Below, in pieces: positions 14,887-22,035 of a stretch of 38,663 nt of DNA. A program made the translations under genes and the position numbers. Positions within the stretch are counted from its first letter, which is position 1; the number at the start of each line of letters is the position of its first letter. Origin of the DNA: Candidatus Woesearchaeota archaeon (GTDB taxonomy: Archaea; Nanobdellota; Nanobdellia; Pacearchaeales; GW2011-AR1); assembly GCA_964395405.1 (NCBI GenBank), contig CAYNAV010000003.1, positions 1 to 38,663 on the forward strand, written 5' to 3'. The notes under the pieces were generated by a model that was not told the DNA's origin, searched no databases, and saw nothing but the letters and a program-made list of their open reading frames with translations.

Positions 14887-16401
14887 ATGGCAAGAAGTAT
14901 CCAAACAACCAAATACATGCCCATTCTTTCAAAATCAAAGTATCTAACGGGTTTGCAATGCCTAAAATCCCTTTGGGTTTCCGTTCATGCAAAAGAAAGA
15001 ATTCCAGAAACTGACGAATCCCAGCAACATATTTTTGACGAAGGACAGATTATAGGAGAGTACGCTAAGAAGTTATTCCCAAGGGGTATAGATATTCCAG
15101 ATGAAGATCTTACAAAGAATCTCAAGAAAACAAAAGAGCTTATTCAGAGTAAGCCAAGGAAAATACTGTTTGAAGCTGCTTTTTCACCAGAAGGAGAAAG
15201 AGTCTATTCAAGAGCAGATATCTTAAAACCAGTCAAAGGAAATAAATGGGATATCATTGAGGTAAAAAGTTCTACTCAAGTCAAGAATGTAAATGTCTCG
15301 GATGTAGCTTTCCAAAAATATTGTTATGAAAAAGCAGGCCTCATAATAAACAAGTGCTTTATTTTACATATAAACAATGAATATGTAAGAAAAGGAAAAA
15401 TCAATATAAAAAAGTTGTTTGTAAAAGAGGATATAACTGAGAAAGTTGAAGAAGAAATCCAGAATGTTCAAGAAAACTTAAAGATTATGTTTGAAGTCGT
15501 TGATTCTTCTGAACCAGAAATGAAAATTGGAAGTTGTTGCAATTCTCCTTATGAATGTGCATTAAAGCCTGAATGTTGGAAGTCTTTGCCAGAGCATAAT
15601 GTATTTGACTTATACTATGGTGGGAAGAAGTCAGTTAAGCTTTTGGAAGAGGGAATTGTTTCTATAAGGGATATTCCAGAAGGCTATGAATTAACAGATA
15701 AGCAGAAAATTCAGCATTATTGTATTAAGAGTGAAGAGCCTCATGTGAATAAAGGGAATATAAAGAAGTTTATTGATTCTTTGCAATATCCTCTTTATTT
15801 TTTAGATTTTGAAACATTCCAGACAACAATTCCAATTTATAACCACCAGAGCCCATATCAACAGGTCCCTTTTCAGTTTTCATTGCATGTAATTGAAAAG
15901 AAAGATAAGGAGCCAAAACATTATTCTTTTTTAGCTGAAGGCAGTAAAGACCCAAGAAAGGAATTCTTAAAACAGCTTAAAAAAGCAATTGGGAAAAAGG
16001 GAAGCATAATTGTTTATAATCAATGCTTTGAACAAGGAGTTTTGGAAAAGTTAGCAAAAGTCTTTCCAAAGCAAAAAGAGACTATTGCTGAGATAACCGA
16101 CAGGATGGTTGACCTTCTTTCTCCTTTCAGAAGCTTTGATTATTACGACCATAAACAACAAGGCTCTGCATCAATTAAGAATGTCTTGCCTGCTTTAACT
16201 GGCAAAAGTTACGAAGGAATGGATATAGCTAATGGGGCAAATGCGAGTTTGCAATTCTTTTATGCTGCCCATGGCTTGAATGGGAAAAAGGCGACAGATG
16301 CAGAGATTAAGAAGATAAGGGCAGATTTATTAAAGTACTGCCATCTTGATACTATGGCTATGATTTGGATATTGAATAAACTGGGGGAGGCAATTAAGTA
16401 A
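14887..16401 (+). CDS. DUF2779-like dual nuclease: Cas4/RecB-like PD-(D/E)XK domain with 1+3 Cys pattern + C-terminal DEDDy-type 3'-5' exonuclease-like domain
   Basis: LSKSKYLTGLQCLKSLW. ADIL..WDIIEVKSS (D..E-x-K). CCNSPYECALKPEC. FLDFET (Exo I-like), VYNQCFE (Exo II-like), YCHLD (Y-x3-D, Exo III-like). GGAGGG SD upstream. The start lies 1 nt after the upstream stop. Confidence 0.65.
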   Translation: MARSIQTTKYMPILSKSKYLTGLQCLKSLWVSVHAKERIPETDESQQHIFDEGQIIGEYAKKLFPRGIDIPDEDLTKNLKKTKELIQSKPRKILFEAAFSPEGERVYSRADILKPVKGNKWDIIEVKSSTQVKNVNVSDVAFQKYCYEKAGLIINKCFILHINNEYVRKGKINIKKLFVKEDITEKVEEEIQNVQENLKIMFEVVDSSEPEMKIGSCCNSPYECALKPECWKSLPEHNVFDLYYGGKKSVKLLEEGIVSIRDIPEGYELTDKQKIQHYCIKSEEPHVNKGNIKKFIDSLQYPLYFLDFETFQTTIPIYNHQSPYQQVPFQFSLHVIEKKDKEPKHYSFLAEGSKDPRKEFLKQLKKAIGKKGSIIVYNQCFEQGVLEKLAKVFPKQKETIAEITDRMVDLLSPFRSFDYYDHKQQGSASIKNVLPALTGKSYEGMDIANGANASLQFFYAAHGLNGKKATDAEIKKIRADLLKYCHLDTMAMIWILNKLGEAIK

Positions 16402-16432
16402 GGTTTTTATACAACCTTAGATTCATAAAAAA

Positions 16433-18277
16433 ATGGAATCTCAGAAGATAATAGATGCAAATGACAGAAGTGTTAGAGAAATCCTAGATAAAGTCAAATA
16501 CCATATAGATGTATTTCAAAGAGAATATAAGTGGGGAGTAAGGCAGATTGAACAATTAATTGATGATATCACTAGTAGATTTCTTGCAGATTATCAAAAT
16601 GCCCATACTAGAGAAGATGTGGAAAAATATGGCAAATATTATTTAGGCTCTATTGTTATCTGTTCAAAAGATGGAAAGAGATCTATAATCGATGGGCAAC
16701 AAAGACTTACTTCTTTAACTCTTTTACTTATTTACTTAAATAATTTACAAAAAGATAGAGAAGATAGTGTACCTATAAAAGATTTAATCTTCTCTGAAAA
16801 ATTTGCTAAAAAATCATTTAATTTGCAAGTAGATGACAGAGAAGAGTGTATTAGCTCATTGTATACCCGGGGGGATTATGATGCTTCAGATAAAAATGAG
16901 TCTGTCAAAAATATTGTTGAGAGATATAGAGATATCGTAGACCTTTTCCCAGAAGAGCTGAAAGGAGACGCTTTACCTTATTTTCTTGATTGGTTAACTG
17001 AAAATGTAATTTTTGTAGAAATATCTACTTTTTCGGATGAAGATGCTTATACTATTTTTGAAACGATGAATGATCGTGGGTTAAATCTTACTTCCGCAGA
17101 GATGTTAAAGGGATATTTAATTTCAAATCTAGATTCGCAAGAAGACAAATTAGAGCTTAATGAATTATGGAAAAAAAGAATATTGCAACTTAAAGAAATA
17201 GATAAAGAAGAAGACTTAGAGTTTTTTAAATCATGGTTAAGGGCCAAATATGCAGAAAGCATTAGACAAGGAAAAAGAGGGTCTGAGAATGAGGATTTTG
17301 AAAAAATAGGTACTAGATTTCATAGCTGGGTGAGAGATAATAAGGAAAAAATCGGATTAAAAAATAAAATGGATTTTTATAAATTCATAAAACAAGACTT
17401 TGATTTTTATATTAAACTTTATTTAAAAATTAATTCTGCCGCAGAAAACCCCCAAAAAAATTTAGAGAGTATTTACTATATCTACCAAAGAGGGTTCACA
17501 TTATATCCTCCCATATTAATGGCTCCAATCAAAATTTCAGATGATGAAGAAACAATTAATAAAAAATTGGCATTAGTCTCTAAGTTTTTGGAAATGTTCA
17601 TTGTTTTTAGATCCATCAACTTTAGGACCTTAGGTTACAGTGCAATTAGATATACAATGTTTAGTCTAGTTAAGGAAATAAGGAATGTCAATATCAAACA
17701 ACTTGCAGAGATTTTAAAAAAGAAAGCATCGGAATTTGAACAAAATCTGGAAGGTATGAAGAATTTAAGATTAAATGGGCAGAATAAACGATTTATCCAC
17801 TTTTTATTAGCTAGGATAACCAAATACATAGAAGATAATTGTAGCATCCCTAGTAACTTTCAAGCTTATATTGACCCAGAATTAAAAAAGCCATTTGAAG
17901 TAGAACATATCTGGTCAGACATTTTTGAGGAACATAAAGAGGAATTTGATCAAAGAGATGATTGGGAAGAGTATCGAAATAAGATAGGAGCATTAATTCT
18001 TTTACCCCGGGGTTTCAATCAAAGTTATGGCAAGCTACCTTATAGTAAAAAACTTCCACATTATTTTGGACAAAACATTTTAGCCAAAACCCTAAATGAG
18101 CAATGTTATAATAAAAACCCGACATTTTTGCAGTTTATCAAGAATTCAAAATTGCCATTCAAGCCATATACAAACTTTAAGAAAAAGGAGATAATTGAAA
18201 GAACAGAATTATACCAAAGAATATGCGAAAAGATATATGATATAAATGAATTTGATAAAATCGCCGGTAATAATTAA
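16433..18277 (+). CDS. GmrSD-family type IV (modification-dependent) restriction enzyme, DUF262 + DUF1524
   Basis: N-terminal IIDGQQRLTSL (DGQQR ParB-like NTPase motif). C-terminal EVEHIWS...NKIGALILLPRGFNQS (His-Me/HNH-like DUF1524). Confidence 0.85.
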   Translation: MESQKIIDANDRSVREILDKVKYHIDVFQREYKWGVRQIEQLIDDITSRFLADYQNAHTREDVEKYGKYYLGSIVICSKDGKRSIIDGQQRLTSLTLLLIYLNNLQKDREDSVPIKDLIFSEKFAKKSFNLQVDDREECISSLYTRGDYDASDKNESVKNIVERYRDIVDLFPEELKGDALPYFLDWLTENVIFVEISTFSDEDAYTIFETMNDRGLNLTSAEMLKGYLISNLDSQEDKLELNELWKKRILQLKEIDKEEDLEFFKSWLRAKYAESIRQGKRGSENEDFEKIGTRFHSWVRDNKEKIGLKNKMDFYKFIKQDFDFYIKLYLKINSAAENPQKNLESIYYIYQRGFTLYPPILMAPIKISDDEETINKKLALVSKFLEMFIVFRSINFRTLGYSAIRYTMFSLVKEIRNVNIKQLAEILKKKASEFEQNLEGMKNLRLNGQNKRFIHFLLARITKYIEDNCSIPSNFQAYIDPELKKPFEVEHIWSDIFEEHKEEFDQRDDWEEYRNKIGALILLPRGFNQSYGKLPYSKKLPHYFGQNILAKTLNEQCYNKNPTFLQFIKNSKLPFKPYTNFKKKEIIERTELYQRICEKIYDINEFDKIAGNN

Positions 18278-18291
18278 AAAGGAGAAAAATT

Positions 18292-19749
18292 ATGTTTGAG
18301 CAAATATTCAAAAATATTGATGACATCCTCTGGAAAGAGGCAGGCTGCGGAAGTGAATTGGATTATGTTGAACAGACCTCTTGGGTTTTATTCCTAAAAT
18401 ATCTTGATGATCTTGAAAAAAAGAAAAGAACTGAGGCAGAGTTGGATGGAAAAGAGTATAAAGAAATTCTTGCTCCAGAATTTAGATGGGATGTTTGGGC
18501 AGTTCCAAAGGATAAAGAAGGAAAACTTGATTACCATAAAGCACTCAGCGGAGATGATTTGAAAGATTTTGTTGACTTAAAACTATTCCCTTATTTAAAA
18601 AAATTTAAAGTTGACGCAGAACATGCAGATACTATTCAATACAAGATTGGAGAGATTTTTAGTGAGATTAAGAATAAAATCCAGAGTGGATACAACTTAA
18701 GAGAGATAATTAATCTTATAGACCAATTGAAGTTTCGTTCTAGCTCTGAAAAACATGAGATGTCGCACCTCTATGAGTCTAAAATCCAGAACATGGGAAA
18801 TGCTGGAAGAAATGGTGGAGAATATTACACCCCACGACCATTAATTAAAACAATTGTTAAAGTTGTAGATCCTAAAATAGGGGATAAGGTTTATGATGGT
18901 GCAGTGGGTTCTGCTGGTTTCTTATGCGAAGCGTTTGAATATCTAAAAGAAAATAATAAAAACCGTTCCACAAAACAAGATGAGCTTTTACAAACAAAGA
19001 CTTTTTATGGAAAAGAAAAGAAATCGCTGGCTTATATTATTGGAATTATGAATATGATTTTTCATGGAATTGAAGCTCCAAATATCCTTCATACTAATAC
19101 ATTGGCAGAAAATCTTTCAGATATACAGGAAAAAGATAGATATAGTATTGTTTTAGCAAATCCACCTTTTGGTGGAAAGGAAAGAGAAGAAGTTCAGCAA
19201 AATTTTCCAATTAAGACAGGGGAGACAGCATTTTTGTTTCTGCAACATTTTATTAAGATATTAAAGGCAGGCGGAAAAGCAGGTATTGTTATTAAGAATA
19301 CATTTTTATCTAACTCCGATAATGCTTCTGTTTCATTAAGGAAGCACTTGCTTGAAAGTTGTAATTTACATACGATATTGGACTTGCCTGGAGGAACTTT
19401 TACAGGTGCAGGAGTAAAAACAGTTATTTTATTTTTTGATAAGGGAACATCAACAAAGAAGGTATGGTACTATTCGCTTAATTTAGATAGAAACTTAGGT
19501 AAAACTAATCCCTTAAGTGAAAATGATTTGGCTGAATTTATTAAACTCCAAAAGACAAAGGCTGATTCTAAAAATTCTTGGACTATAGATATTGCAGACA
19601 TAAATCCAGATACCTTTGACTTATCTGTAAAAAACCCTAATAAGAAAGAAGAAGCACAATTAAGAAAACCAAAAGAGATCTTAGAAGAAATGAAAAGATT
19701 AGATAAAGAAAGCGAGCAAATTCTTAACTCAATTAAGGAGATAGTTTAG
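18292..19749 (+). CDS. hsdM: type I restriction-modification system, N6-adenine DNA methyltransferase subunit
   Basis: GEYYTPRPLIKTIV, VYDGAVGSAGFL (AdoMet motif I), LANPPFGG (NPPF motif IV). GGAG SD upstream. Confidence 0.9.
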   Translation: MFEQIFKNIDDILWKEAGCGSELDYVEQTSWVLFLKYLDDLEKKKRTEAELDGKEYKEILAPEFRWDVWAVPKDKEGKLDYHKALSGDDLKDFVDLKLFPYLKKFKVDAEHADTIQYKIGEIFSEIKNKIQSGYNLREIINLIDQLKFRSSSEKHEMSHLYESKIQNMGNAGRNGGEYYTPRPLIKTIVKVVDPKIGDKVYDGAVGSAGFLCEAFEYLKENNKNRSTKQDELLQTKTFYGKEKKSLAYIIGIMNMIFHGIEAPNILHTNTLAENLSDIQEKDRYSIVLANPPFGGKEREEVQQNFPIKTGETAFLFLQHFIKILKAGGKAGIVIKNTFLSNSDNASVSLRKHLLESCNLHTILDLPGGTFTGAGVKTVILFFDKGTSTKKVWYYSLNLDRNLGKTNPLSENDLAEFIKLQKTKADSKNSWTIDIADINPDTFDLSVKNPNKKEEAQLRKPKEILEEMKRLDKESEQILNSIKEIV

Positions 19750-19751
19750 AG

Positions 19752-20279
19752 ATGGCAGATATAGATCCGATAAAGGCAATTTTAGGACTTGTTTCTGTAT
19801 TTTTCTCTGTTCTTCTTGTTATTTTTCTTTTTTCGTACACTAATGATACCTTGATTAAAGACAAATGTCAGCCCTACCAACAGCAAATTGACCAGAATCA
19901 GATTACAATAACTTCTCTAAACCTAACAGTAAACCAAACCAATAAACTTCTGCAAGAATGCAAGGATAACTATCTAGAATTGATTAAACAAAATATTACT
20001 AAAAAAGACATAGAAGAAATAAAAGGATACTACAACATTACTCAAATCCAAATAGGAGAACTTAATCAAAAATTTGAACAGATAAATACTAATTATCTAA
20101 AGATTTATAATACAATCATAAATAAATATGACATATCATTTGCATTAAATATAGTATTCAGCATAGAAATATTGAGCTTTTTATTTTTAAAGAATGAATT
20201 TGCCTTGATAGTTATAAATTGGTTTAAAAGAAAGAAAAAAGGGTCTGAAACAAATAAAATTCCGATAAAAACAATATGA
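19752..20279 (+). CDS. bitopic/2-TM coiled-coil membrane protein embedded in the type I R-M operon
   Basis: N-terminal TM AILGLVSVFFSVLLVIFLF, an N/Q-rich coiled coil, C-terminal TM FALNIVFSIEILSFLFL. Starts 2 nt after the hsdM stop. Confidence 0.6.
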   Translation: MADIDPIKAILGLVSVFFSVLLVIFLFSYTNDTLIKDKCQPYQQQIDQNQITITSLNLTVNQTNKLLQECKDNYLELIKQNITKKDIEEIKGYYNITQIQIGELNQKFEQINTNYLKIYNTIINKYDISFALNIVFSIEILSFLFLKNEFALIVINWFKRKKKGSETNKIPIKTI

Positions 20280-20908
20280 AAACTAAAGAAAAGAAAATTA
20301 AGAGGTTGGGGGAAAATCTTCATTTGTTTTGGAGCTCTTATCAGCATATGCATGATGTTAGGGAGAGAAAGGCAAAGGGCATGATAGACTTTCTATTGAT
20401 AATTTCTACATTTTTGCCAATTCTTTCAGTTACCCTTTTCACAACTAGCTTATTTAATAATCCTTTAATTTTATTTCCACTAATCCCTCAATTTTTATCT
20501 ATTGTAATTTTATTAAAATATTTTGTCGTTGGAAATCCCTCGGTTCATTGGTTTAAATTAGATAAGAACTTCTTGGCAGGTTTAGATAATGGCAATTTTG
20601 AGACCGAGCTGATAGCTTCTTTGAAACAATTAGAAAATATGACTTTTATTTCTATGAATGAAGAGGGAAAACTGATAAGATATTCTAGAAATTTAATTCT
20701 ATTTTCTTTATTCGCTTTGGCTTTATCAATGATATTTATTTTATTTAATGGAAGTCTTTATTTATACTTTATTTCTCTTATTTTAATTTCTATTTCTGGC
20801 TATATTTTTTTAGTATACTACAAACGAACTCCAGACTTTTCGAAATTAGATGAAGACTTTAACAACTCAAAAAAACTACTCGAGGACTGGATTAAAAATG
20901 AAAAGTAA
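20276..20908 (+). CDS. 4-TM membrane protein embedded in the type I R-M operon
   Basis: ATGA overlap with the upstream gene. Amphipathic lead-in ..RERKAKGMIDF, then two TM hairpins (res ~38-85 and ~139-182) separated by a ~50-aa soluble loop. Confidence 0.6.
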   Translation: MKTKEKKIKRLGENLHLFWSSYQHMHDVRERKAKGMIDFLLIISTFLPILSVTLFTTSLFNNPLILFPLIPQFLSIVILLKYFVVGNPSVHWFKLDKNFLAGLDNGNFETELIASLKQLENMTFISMNEEGKLIRYSRNLILFSLFALALSMIFILFNGSLYLYFISLILISISGYIFLVYYKRTPDFSKLDEDFNNSKKLLEDWIKNEK

Positions 20909-22034
20909 TTGGGTAATCAAGAAGCTAGGGGAAGTTTGTGACAAGGCATCTTCTAATGTTTCTCAAAATCAGTTAGATAATGAAAGCGGGAAATATTCCA
21001 TTTTTGGTGCAAGTGGATTAATAAAAAATGTTAGCTTTTATCATCGAGATAAGCCTTATATATCCATAATTAAAGATGGTGCAGGCATTGGAAGATTGAC
21101 ATTACAACCAGCGTATTCATCAGTTATTGGAACTCTACAATATTTAATCCCGAAGAAAGAAATTGACATTAGCTATCTTTATTATTTTTTACAAAGAATT
21201 GATTTTAATAAACATCGAAATGGTGCGACTATTCCTCATATTTATTTTAAGGATTATTCAGAAGAAGAAATAGGCGTCCCTCCACTTGCCACACAAAAAC
21301 TTATCGTTTTCATCCTAGACAAATCCTTTAAAAAAATAGCCAAAGCAAAAGAAAACGCTGAAAAAAACTTAAAAAACGCCAAAGAGCTTTTTGATAGTCA
21401 TTTACAAAGCGTTTTTGAGAATAAAGGCAAAGGATGGGAAGAAAGAATGCTTAAAGAAATAGGTATTACACAAACGGGGACAACACCCAAAACTATAGAC
21501 AAAAAAAATTACGGAGATTTCATTCCGTTTATAACACCTGCTGACATTGATATCTCTGGTAACGGTGAAATACAATATGACAGCAAGGGGTTGAGCGAGC
21601 AAGGTTTAGATAATGGCAGAAAAATGTTAGCGGGTTCAATCTTGATGGTTTGCATCGGTGCTACTATTGGGAAAGTCGGATTTATTGACCGTGATGTTTC
21701 TTGTAATCAACAAATAAACTCATTGACAGTCAAGAAAGAATTTTCCTCAAAATTTATTTATTACGCATTAAGCACAAAATCTTTTTTTGAACAAGTAATG
21801 CATAATGCTGCTCAGGCAACTTTACCAATTATCAATAAAGGAAAGTGGGAAACACTCATAATTAGTTTTCCAAAATCCCTCCAAGAACAACAATCCATAG
21901 TCTCCAAGCTCGACGCCCTTTCAGCAGAAACCAAGAAACTAGAAGCAATTTATCAACAAAAATTAAAGGATTTAGAAGAACTGAAAAAATCAATTTTACA
22001 AAAAGCTTTTAACGGAGAGTTAGTTAAAGAATAA
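20898..22034 (+). CDS. hsdS: type I R-M specificity subunit (two target-recognition domains)
   Basis: MKSNWVIKKLGEVCD start is typical of TRD1. Central and C-terminal conserved helices (ATQKLIVFILDKSF..., EQQSIVSKLDALSAETKKLEAIYQQKLKDLEELKKSILQKAFNGEL). The track start 20850 is also possible. Confidence 0.85.
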   Translation: MKSNWVIKKLGEVCDKASSNVSQNQLDNESGKYSIFGASGLIKNVSFYHRDKPYISIIKDGAGIGRLTLQPAYSSVIGTLQYLIPKKEIDISYLYYFLQRIDFNKHRNGATIPHIYFKDYSEEEIGVPPLATQKLIVFILDKSFKKIAKAKENAEKNLKNAKELFDSHLQSVFENKGKGWEERMLKEIGITQTGTTPKTIDKKNYGDFIPFITPADIDISGNGEIQYDSKGLSEQGLDNGRKMLAGSILMVCIGATIGKVGFIDRDVSCNQQINSLTVKKEFSSKFIYYALSTKSFFEQVMHNAAQATLPIINKGKWETLIISFPKSLQEQQSIVSKLDALSAETKKLEAIYQQKLKDLEELKKSILQKAFNGELVKE

Positions 22035-22035
22035 C

